A stretch of DNA of 24,000 nucleotides from NCBI RefSeq assembly GCF_042649925.1, contig NZ_JBHSAF010000015.1, positions 264,075-288,074 on the forward strand, written 5' to 3'. The notes under the pieces were generated by a model. The model saw nothing but the letters and a program-made list of their open reading frames with translations. It did not search any database and was not told the DNA's origin. The DNA is from Pseudaeromonas sharmana (lineage in GTDB: Bacteria > Pseudomonadota > Gammaproteobacteria > Enterobacterales > Aeromonadaceae). The position numbers and the translations under genes are program-made. This document shows, in pieces, positions 18,105 through 24,000 of this stretch; the stretch's first letter is position 1, and every line of letters starts with the position of its first letter.

Positions 18105-18800
18105 ATGTTTGATTTCTCTATCATACTGCAGGAGTGGCCGACGTATTTGCAGGGCCTGGGCAATACCATCTGGTTGGTGGCGGTCTCCCTGATTCTGGGG
18201 TTGACGATCGCTATCCCATTAGGTATTTGCCGCAATAGCAGTAATCCGCTGTTGCGCCTACCTGCATGGGGCTATATCTATTTCTTCCGTGGCACGCCGA
18301 TGCTGGTTCAACTGTTCATCATCTATTATGGTGCTGCGCAGTGGGACGGACTGCGCGGTTCCTGGGCGTGGAACTGGTTCCAGGAGGCCTGGTTTTGCGC
18401 CTTGTTGTCGTTCACGTTGAATACGGCGGCCTATACGGCAGAAATCGTGCGGGGGGCGATCCGTACCATTCCCAGAGGCGAGGTGGAGGCGGCGACAGCG
18501 TATGGCATGACGCCATGGCAGACGATGAAATGCATCATACTGCCCAGTGCGTTGCGTAGAGCGTTGCCGGCCTACAGCAACGAAGTCATCTTCATGCTGC
18601 ATGGCTCGGCGATTGCCGGCATCATTACCATCGTCGATCTGACGGGCGCGGCACGCATTATCAATGCCCGCTATTACAGTCCTTTTGAAGCCTTTATCAC
18701 GGCCGGACTGCTGTACATGATGTTGAGCATGCTGATTGTCTGGGGCTTCCGCAAACTGGAAAACCGCTGGCATGCCCATCTTAGACCGCGCAGCGTCTAG
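18105..18800 (+). CDS. hisM: ABC transporter permease, HisM-like
   Basis: YIYFFRGTPMLVQLFIIYYG, TLNTAAYTAEIVRGAIRTIPRGEVEAATAYGMTPWQTMKCIILPSALRRALPAYSNEVIFMLH match E. coli HisM (IFRGTPLYVQLLVFYSG, LNTCAYTTEIFAGAIRSVPHGEIEAARAYG, IILPSALRIALPAYSNEVILMLH). The start is set at ATG 18105 (MFDFSII), 9 nt after the hisQ stop, and not at the overlapping GTG 18060 given in the track. Confidence 0.9.
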   Translation: MFDFSIILQEWPTYLQGLGNTIWLVAVSLILGLTIAIPLGICRNSSNPLLRLPAWGYIYFFRGTPMLVQLFIIYYGAAQWDGLRGSWAWNWFQEAWFCALLSFTLNTAAYTAEIVRGAIRTIPRGEVEAATAYGMTPWQTMKCIILPSALRRALPAYSNEVIFMLHGSAIAGIITIVDLTGAARIINARYYSPFEAFITAGLLYMMLSMLIVWGFRKLENRWHAHLRPRSV

Positions 18801-18819
18801 GTTTTCGCTGATCAGCTAG

Positions 18820-18854
18820 CGACGGCATGTTACAATGCCGTCGTTCTTGTTTTC
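18820..18854 (+). terminator. Rho-independent terminator of the ABC importer operon
   Basis: A 9 bp stem, CGACGGCAT (18820-18828) pairing with ATGCCGTCG (18835-18843), around loop GTTACA, followed by TTCTTGTTTTC. Confidence 0.8.
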
Positions 18855-18875
18855 GGGTCCTGCTAAGGAGCCATT

Positions 18876-20789
18876 TTGCGTCTCTGGTGTGTGCTCTTGT
18901 CGTGCTGTTTGTGGGTTGCCTTGCCTTTGCAGGCGGCGGAGCAGGTGTTGTTCGGTGCCGAGCCGGCGTGGCGTCAGATCGTCGACGTGCCGGATTCCTC
19001 TTCCCAATCCCCGGTGGGTGGCCAGCGCTATTTGCTGGTCGATCGCCAGTATTATCTGGACTCCAAAACGGTCCAGCGTTTCCAGCATTTTGTTATTCAC
19101 ATCACCAGCACGGAAGGTTTGGAAAAATCTTCCCAACTGGCATTCGACTTCGATCCTGGCTACGAAACGCTGACCATTCATCGCATTCAGATCCGTCGCA
19201 ATGGCAAGGTGCTTGATCGTTTGGAGCCGCAAGAGCTGCGTGTGTTCCAGCGTGAAGCCAATCTTGAGCGCTTTCTCTATTCAGGTATGCGTACCGCCTA
19301 TCTGATCCTGCCGGATGTCAGGGTTGGTGACATTCTCGAATACAGTTATTCGTTACAAGGCAACAATCCGGTCATGGATGGCAAGTTCAGCGAGACGTTA
19401 CCGCTGGAATGGGAAGTGCCCATCGAACGCAGCAGTCTGCGCCTGGTGGTGGCGCCCAGTCGTTCATTGTTCTTTCAGGCGCCGAAAGATACTGACGTCA
19501 AGGTAATGGTCAGTGCGTCGTCAGGCGAGCGAGAGATCAGCTGGCGGCAGGAGCAAGTGCCTGCCGTTGAGTTGCAGGAAGATACCCCGCTCTGGTACAT
19601 GCCCAACCGCTCCTTGAGTGTCAGTGAGTTCGCCAGTTGGGCTGATGTTGCCAGTTGGGCGAAACCGCTGTATGACGAAGGGGCAGCCATCGATCCCAGT
19701 GTGCAAGCGTTGGCTGACCAGTTGTCCTCCGGCAAGACACCATCACAAAAGTTGATGGCAGCCCTGCACTTCGTGCAGCAGGAAGTGCGGTATCTGGGGA
19801 TGGAGGATGGCATTGGCTCCCATCGGCCACGCAAAGCGGCCGATACCCTCTATCGTCGCTATGGTGATTGCAAGGACAAAACAGTGTTGTTGATGGCGCT
19901 GCTCAAGGCCATGGGCTTCACGCCTGAAGCGGCCCTGGTGAGCCTTGATCGAGGCGCCACCTTACCGAATCAGCAGCCTTCCCCCTACCTGTTTGACCAC
20001 GTGATCGTGACACTGATGTTGGATGGTAAACGCATCTGGCTGGATGGGACTGCGCTGAACCAGGGCAGCAACATCGATACGTTGGCTGTCCCCTATTTTC
20101 GTTACGCCTTGTTGGTGAACGATAAGACAACCAGCTTGACGCCGATGGACAGCGAGTATCGCCCGGCAGAGGTTCGCGTCCGTCAAGAACTGACCCTGCA
20201 GAAGTCGCTGACCCAGCTCCGGGTCGACAGCCTGTATTTAGGCGATCAGGCGGAGCAGCAACGCAGTCAGTGGCAAGTCAGCTCGATGCAGAGTCTGAGC
20301 CGCCGCTATGCTGAATACTATGGCCGCCTCTACGGCCAGTTGGAAGTCATCGGAGCCCCTCAAGTCAAGGATGATCGCGAGCGTAACGAATGGGAAATGT
20401 CGGAGCAGTATTTGATAGAGGGCGGTAGCCAGTCTGTCGCTCGGCATGGTCTCGACATTTATGCCGATCTACTTGACAGTTATCTCAAGGATCTGGATGC
20501 CAGTCGCACACAACCTCTGGCATTGACTCCGCCGACCAGACTGCAGCAGGAGTTTATCGTCAATATGCCGAAGCCGGTATCGGTGGCGCCCTATCAGGTC
20601 AATTACGATAATGCCGTGTTCCGCTTCTCGATGCAGGTTGAGCCGCTCAGACCACAACAATTGCGGGTAACCTATCGGTATGAGAACCTGGTCGACAGCG
20701 TACCGATTGCCGAATTGGCGCGTTATCGGGAAAATGTGCATCGCGCACGTGAACAGATGAGTCTGAATTTCACATTGCCGCTTCAGTAA
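18876..20789 (+). CDS. Secreted DUF3857 domain + transglutaminase-like (PF01841-type) cysteine protease-fold protein
   Basis: TTG start at 18876 with a strong AAGGAG Shine-Dalgarno (18865-18870). Signal peptide MRLWCVLLSCCLWVALPLQA followed by AEQ. The N-terminal half resembles DUF3857 (VGDILEYSYSL...). The core YGDCKDKTVLLMALLKAMGF...LFDHVIVTL...RIWLDGT supplies Cys332 (19869-19871), His375 (19998-20000) and Asp390 (20043-20045). Confidence 0.8.
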   Translation: MRLWCVLLSCCLWVALPLQAAEQVLFGAEPAWRQIVDVPDSSSQSPVGGQRYLLVDRQYYLDSKTVQRFQHFVIHITSTEGLEKSSQLAFDFDPGYETLTIHRIQIRRNGKVLDRLEPQELRVFQREANLERFLYSGMRTAYLILPDVRVGDILEYSYSLQGNNPVMDGKFSETLPLEWEVPIERSSLRLVVAPSRSLFFQAPKDTDVKVMVSASSGEREISWRQEQVPAVELQEDTPLWYMPNRSLSVSEFASWADVASWAKPLYDEGAAIDPSVQALADQLSSGKTPSQKLMAALHFVQQEVRYLGMEDGIGSHRPRKAADTLYRRYGDCKDKTVLLMALLKAMGFTPEAALVSLDRGATLPNQQPSPYLFDHVIVTLMLDGKRIWLDGTALNQGSNIDTLAVPYFRYALLVNDKTTSLTPMDSEYRPAEVRVRQELTLQKSLTQLRVDSLYLGDQAEQQRSQWQVSSMQSLSRRYAEYYGRLYGQLEVIGAPQVKDDRERNEWEMSEQYLIEGGSQSVARHGLDIYADLLDSYLKDLDASRTQPLALTPPTRLQQEFIVNMPKPVSVAPYQVNYDNAVFRFSMQVEPLRPQQLRVTYRYENLVDSVPIAELARYRENVHRAREQMSLNFTLPLQ

Positions 20790-20800
20790 AAGGCAGCTAA

Positions 20801-20829
20801 AACCAAGGGGTCAGAGTGACCCCTTGGTT
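20801..20829. terminator. Shared hairpin between the convergent DUF3857 gene and xthA
   Basis: A perfect 13 bp stem, AACCAAGGGGTCA (20801-20813) pairing with TGACCCCTTGGTT (20817-20829), around loop GAG. The U-tracts are poor on both sides, so terminator efficiency is uncertain. Confidence 0.55.
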
Positions 20830-20847
20830 GTCTGTGACGTGACGCGC

Positions 20848-21657
20848 TTAGTCGGCAAATTGAGCCCAGATGGGTGCGTGGTCAGATGGTTTCTCGATTC
20901 CGCGCAACGGATAGTCGATGTCGCTGGCCTGCAGACGCTGCAACATCGAGGCAGTTGCCAAAATCAAGTCAATGCGCAGTCCGCGATTATCGTCAAACCC
21001 CTTGCTGCGATAATCAAACCAGCTGTAGCGTTCGCTGACGTTAGGGTGCTGGTGGCGGAAGGTATCCACCAGGCCCCAGTCCTGCAAGCGGGCCAGCCAT
21101 TCGCGCTCCTCGGGAAGGAAGGAGCACTTGCCCTCACGCAACCAACGTTTGCGGTTAGCTTCACCGATGCCAATGTCCAGGTCGGTGGGCGAGATGTTCA
21201 GATCGCCCATCACCAGCAGATCGTCGTCAACGGAGCAGTGCGTCAGCAGGTACTGCTGCAAGTCGGCATAGAACTTGGCTTTGGCAGGAAACTTCAGAGG
21301 GTGGTCGCGGCTCTCGCCTTGTGGGAAATAACCATTTAAGACCGTCAGCACCCGGCCGTTGGCCTGACTGTACTGGCCAATGATCATTCGGCGTTGGGCC
21401 TCTTCATCGTCCGTCGGGAAACCACGCTGAATAGACAAGGGCGTCTGTTTGCTCAGCAGTGCCACGCCATAGTGGGCCTTTTGACCATGGAAGCTGACGT
21501 GATAGCCCATGGCTTCCACCTCGGCCACCGGAAAGGCATCATCATGCACTTTGATTTCCTGTAGCCCGATAATGTCAGGTTGCACGCTGTCAATCAGTGC
21601 CTGCAGTTGATGGAGTCTGGCTCTAAGGCCGTTGATATTAAAAGAAACAATCTTCAT
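20848..21657 (-). CDS. xthA: Exodeoxyribonuclease III
   Basis: [43 protein letters not shown]...[23 protein letters not shown]...[38 protein letters not shown]...[23 protein letters not shown]...[11 protein letters not shown] is colinear with E. coli XthA (269 aa versus 268 aa). Confidence 0.96.
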   Translation of the reverse strand: MKIVSFNINGLRARLHQLQALIDSVQPDIIGLQEIKVHDDAFPVAEVEAMGYHVSFHGQKAHYGVALLSKQTPLSIQRGFPTDDEEAQRRMIIGQYSQANGRVLTVLNGYFPQGESRDHPLKFPAKAKFYADLQQYLLTHCSVDDDLLVMGDLNISPTDLDIGIGEANRKRWLREGKCSFLPEEREWLARLQDWGLVDTFRHQHPNVSERYSWFDYRSKGFDDNRGLRIDLILATASMLQRLQASDIDYPLRGIEKPSDHAPIWAQFAD

Positions 21658-21684
21658 CGGGTCTTTATTCCAGGTTACAGCATG

Positions 21685-23394
21685 TTAGAGGAAGGCTTGC
21701 AGGTCTTCTTGCAATTTGCGTAAACGTTCGGTTTGTGCCGCATTGAGTGAAACCCCATCCAGCAGCGTCAGTGTGGCTTTGCATTCATCGACCAACTCTT
21801 CATTACCTTTCGGTAGGCCGCGTTGCTTGGTGAGCAGCAGTAATGCCTGCGCCTTGTTGAGTGCTGCGTTGGTGTTGGCCGGAGCCCGACGCAGTGCATC
21901 CCGGAAAAAGCCCACCGCTTCTTCGTAACGTCCTGCAGTATAAGCGCTGATCCCCAGCTCGTTGAGTTCACTGTATTTTTGTAATTTTTCTTGCTGGCCC
22001 TTGTCGTCGCGGATGGTGCGAATACAAGATTGCAACAAGGTATCCATGGCACCCTGATCGTCGAGGATCTGTTGCAGCTGATCGGCATATTCATACTCAC
22101 CCAGCTGCGTAAAACCCAGTACCAGGTTGCTGATCAACGGCGCCGCCATGCTGGTGAGATCCTGTTGGTACGGTTGCATCGCCTTGTAGAGTTGCTTCTT
22201 GCCGCGCACTGTATCTCCGCGTACCACCTGGACTCGAGCTCGGCAGATCTGCTCGAAGGCATCCAGATCGAAGTCGTTGTCGCTCAGCGAGCTACGGCAG
22301 CGGTATATGGCATTGTTGATCTGCTTTTGCAGGTTACTCAGGTGATAGGGGTCACCGGTGGATAAGGCATACAGGATCAGGCTGTGTACATAGCTGCCCA
22401 GCAGTTGGGCATTGCGACCGTGATCGTAGCGATGCAGATCCAGCATGGCGCTGAGCGAATCACGCGCCTTGAGATAGTCGCCTTTGGACAACGCAACCTC
22501 AGCCAGTTGACGATGCAACATCGAGGAGTGGGGGGAAATCTCGGTAGCCCGGGTCAGGGTGTCGATCGCCTCTTGGCCGGCACCATTGTCGAGTTGGGCC
22601 GCGGCGAGCCAGCGATAAGCCTCCACCATTAAGGGGCGCAGTCGAAGGGCGGTATTCAGGTGGGCGATGGCATCTTCATACTGCCCGAGTAGATAGCAGG
22701 CCTTGCCAAGCCCCAAGCGCAACCAGCTGGACTCGCCAGCCGCCAGGCCGGCCCTGAGTACCCCGCGCGCCGCATTGATCTCGTCGAGATGGATATACAT
22801 CTCGGCCATCAAGCAGCGGCAAAAGGTAGCATATCGGGAATTGGTGGCCAAAATCGGTTCGCAGACGCGAATCACGCGCCGGTAATCTTGTTTGTCCAGT
22901 GCTTCGAAGATCGGTTTGAGCTCTTGTTTGCGTTGCAATGCTCGTTGCAGGCGTAACCGCAGTTGCTCCTGCGAGAACGGCTTCATCATGTAGCCATCGG
23001 GTTCACTTTCAATCGCGCTGAGCACCATGGCGCGGCTATTGTCACCGCTGATAATGAAGACCACCGAGTCGGCTGGTAGCCGGTGCTGTTCGCGCAAGAA
23101 CTCCAGCAACTGGCGCCCATTTTCACCATTTCCCAGGTTGTAGTCGATGAGATAGATATCGTATTGCTCTTTGCTGCAACGGCGACGCGTCTCTTCGGCA
23201 TTGCTGAGAATAGTGATGCGATTGAATCCAAGGTTTAACAGCATGGCCTTCATCAACACCTGAAACGAGCGCTGATCATCGACCAGCAAGACGCGCTGCT
23301 CGCGAAATTGCTGGGCTGTGCTCTGGGTCCTGCTGTCTTGTTCAGTCTGATCGTTCATCAGCGCTTCGATTCTGGTTCGGGGGCTGCGGGGCAT
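21685..23394 (-). CDS. Orphan response regulator: N-terminal receiver (REC) domain plus a long TPR-repeat region, with no DNA-binding domain
   Basis: REC motifs: RVLLVDDQ (acidic pair), DIYLIDYNLG (phospho-acceptor Asp), VVFIISGD (Ser/Thr position), GYMMKPF (Lys). TPR-like repeats follow, for example AIAHLNTALRLRPLMVEAYRWLAAAQLDNGAGQEAIDTLTRATEISP and YTAGRYEEAVGFFRDALRRAPANTNA. The track ORF (to 23691) is trimmed because its first 99 codons read through tRNA-Tyr genes. The start is either Met at 23394 (MPRSPRT...) or Met at 23358 (MNDQTEQ...), and neither has a strong Shine-Dalgarno. Confidence 0.8.
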   Translation of the reverse strand: MPRSPRTRIEALMNDQTEQDSRTQSTAQQFREQRVLLVDDQRSFQVLMKAMLLNLGFNRITILSNAEETRRRCSKEQYDIYLIDYNLGNGENGRQLLEFLREQHRLPADSVVFIISGDNSRAMVLSAIESEPDGYMMKPFSQEQLRLRLQRALQRKQELKPIFEALDKQDYRRVIRVCEPILATNSRYATFCRCLMAEMYIHLDEINAARGVLRAGLAAGESSWLRLGLGKACYLLGQYEDAIAHLNTALRLRPLMVEAYRWLAAAQLDNGAGQEAIDTLTRATEISPHSSMLHRQLAEVALSKGDYLKARDSLSAMLDLHRYDHGRNAQLLGSYVHSLILYALSTGDPYHLSNLQKQINNAIYRCRSSLSDNDFDLDAFEQICRARVQVVRGDTVRGKKQLYKAMQPYQQDLTSMAAPLISNLVLGFTQLGEYEYADQLQQILDDQGAMDTLLQSCIRTIRDDKGQQEKLQKYSELNELGISAYTAGRYEEAVGFFRDALRRAPANTNAALNKAQALLLLTKQRGLPKGNEELVDECKATLTLLDGVSLNAAQTERLRKLQEDLQAFL

Positions 23395-23483
23395 GGCGAT
23401 ACTATAACGGAAAAGCGAACATAATGGGGAACAGCGACACGGAGTACGTAACGCTTTAGATTTTAAGGTGAAAAACAGAAAGA

Positions 23484-23568
23484 TGGTGGAGGGAGAAGGA
23501 TTCGAACCTTCGAAGGCAGAGCCGTCAGATTTACAGTCTGATCCCTTTGGCCGCTCGGGAATCCCTCC
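23484..23568 (-). tRNA. tyrT: tRNA-Tyr (anticodon GTA), copy 1 (most promoter-distal)
   Basis: The reverse complement reads GGAGGGATTCCCGAGCGGCCAAAGGGATCAGACTGTAAATCTGACGGCTCTGCCTTCGAAGGTTCGAATCCTTCTCCCTCCACCA. It folds with a 7 bp acceptor stem, a 3 bp D stem, anticodon loop CUGUAAA, a long class II variable arm, T-loop GGTTCGAATCC and an encoded CCA. It is close to E. coli tyrT and is 85 nt long. Confidence 0.95.
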
Positions 23569-23604
23569 ACAGAGAAACTGTGGACAGTATAGACAAGAGA
23601 AGAA

Positions 23605-23689
23605 TGGTGGAGGGAGAAGGATTCGAACCTTCGAAGGCAGAGCCGTCAGATTTACAGTCTGATCCCTTTGGCCGCTCGGGAATCCCTCC
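23605..23689 (-). tRNA. tyrT: tRNA-Tyr (GTA), copy 2
   Basis: The 85 nt sequence is identical to copy 1 by eye. Confidence 0.95.
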
Positions 23690-23723
23690 ACAGAGAAACT
23701 GTGGCTTACAACAACAGGCAGGA

Positions 23724-23808
23724 TGGTGGAGGGAGAAGGATTCGAACCTTCGAAGGCAGAGCCGTCAGATTTACAGTCTGATCCCTTTGGCCGCTCGGGA
23801 ATCCCTCC
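23724..23808 (-). tRNA. tyrT: tRNA-Tyr (GTA), copy 3
   Basis: The 85 nt sequence is identical to copy 1 by eye. Confidence 0.95.
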
Positions 23809-23837
23809 ACGGGATTACCTGTTGTGTGCACTTGAAA

Positions 23838-23922
23838 TGGTGGAGGGAGAAGGATTCGAACCTTCGAAGGCAGAGCCGTCAGATTTACAGTCTGATCCCT
23901 TTGGCCGCTCGGGAATCCCTCC
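23838..23922 (-). tRNA. tyrT: tRNA-Tyr (GTA), copy 4 (promoter-proximal)
   Basis: The 85 nt sequence is identical to copy 1 by eye. Confidence 0.95.
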
Positions 23923-23928
23923 ACAAGT

Positions 23929-23965
23929 GCGGGGCGCATAGTAGCAGATTCTCCCCGCTTGTGAA
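23929..23965 (-). promoter_or_regulatory. tyrT-like sigma70 promoter with a GC-rich (stringent) discriminator for the tRNA-Tyr array
   Basis: On the minus strand: TTCACA (-35, 23960-23965), a 16 nt spacer, TACTAT (-10, 23938-23943), then GCGCCCCGC (23929-23937). The discriminator is the same 9-mer I recall from the E. coli tyrT promoter. An A/T-rich stretch (GCAAAAAGTTT) lies upstream. The predicted leader before the tRNA 5' end (23922) is only about 8 nt. Confidence 0.55.
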
Positions 23966-24000
23966 CCCCTGGCTTGCAAACTTTTTGCTAAAGCCAAGGC

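Larger units (their letters stand above)
23484..23922 (-). repeat. Tandem array of four tRNA-Tyr units (periods 121, 119 and 114 bp)
   Basis: Copies start at 23484, 23605, 23724 and 23838. Spacers are 36, 34 and 29 nt. The first two spacers share their first 15 nt (acagagaaactgtgg on the plus strand). This means copies 1 and 2 share the leader CCACAGTTTCTCTGT on the transcribed strand. Confidence 0.9.

Noticed and set aside
18827-19216. Overlapping ORFs 18827-19216 (plus), 18835-19173 (plus) and 18816-19232 (minus) at the 5' end of the DUF3857 gene.
   Set aside because: They are alternative frames or the opposite strand of the signal-peptide region of the 637 aa gene. That gene has the strong AAGGAG-TTG start and full-length domain architecture. 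The alternatives lack a Shine-Dalgarno and give Arg/Cys/Ser-rich nonsense sequences.
23395-23941. ORFs running through the tRNA-Tyr array: 23468-23662 (plus), 23706-23939 (minus), 23723-23941 (plus), 23815-23997 (minus), and the first 99 codons of the 668 aa ORF 21685-23691. They produce repeated peptides such as EGFPSGQRDQTVNLTALPSKVRILLPPP.
   Set aside because: The repeated peptide is simply the translation of four identical tRNA genes. tRNA structure explains the sequence completely, so these are artefacts and the response-regulator start was moved downstream of the array.
23400-24000. The tRNA array as a genomic-island integration site.
   Set aside because: There is no integrase and no partial direct repeat of the tRNA 3' end elsewhere in the window. 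The downstream genes (REC-TPR, xthA, DUF3857 protein) show no obvious compositional break by eye. The region to the right of the array is outside the window and cannot be assessed.

Overview
This window looks like ordinary core chromosome from a facultatively anaerobic gammaproteobacterium. Gene content and synteny resemble Enterobacterales, Vibrionales or Aeromonadales, and the sequence looks moderately GC-rich by eye. I saw no CRISPR array, transposase, integrase, phage gene or recognisable defence or secretion locus, and I cannot support a novel multi-gene system here.

Gene order, left to right:
- yfcH-like epimerase (3' end truncated by the window edge, minus strand)
- pta and ackA (minus)
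- yfbV (plus)
- pflA, pflB, focA and ycaO (all minus)
- asd (plus)
- lysO/ybjE lysine exporter (minus)
- an M20/PepV-family dipeptidase homolog (plus)
- a four-gene HisP/HisJ/HisQ/HisM-type basic amino acid ABC importer (plus)
- a secreted DUF3857 + transglutaminase-like protein (plus)
- xthA (minus)
- an orphan receiver + TPR response regulator (minus)
- four identical tandem tRNA-Tyr(GTA) genes (minus), with a tyrT-like stringent promoter at the right edge

Most gene ends carry clear stem-loop terminators.

The items most worth a second look:
1. The M20 homolog is an intact ORF, but most of its catalytic and metal-ligand positions appear substituted, so it may be a pseudo-peptidase.
2. The tRNA-Tyr array, REC-TPR regulator and xthA are packed on one strand with no obvious terminator between them.
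3. The DUF3857/transglutaminase protein is poorly characterised and keeps an intact Cys-His-Asp triad.
4. A near-consensus ARG box sits upstream of the ABC importer.
5. The whole pyruvate-to-acetate fermentation route (focA-pflB-pflA plus ackA-pta) is juxtaposed in one block.

All calls rest on by-eye comparison with remembered family sequences. No database search was run.
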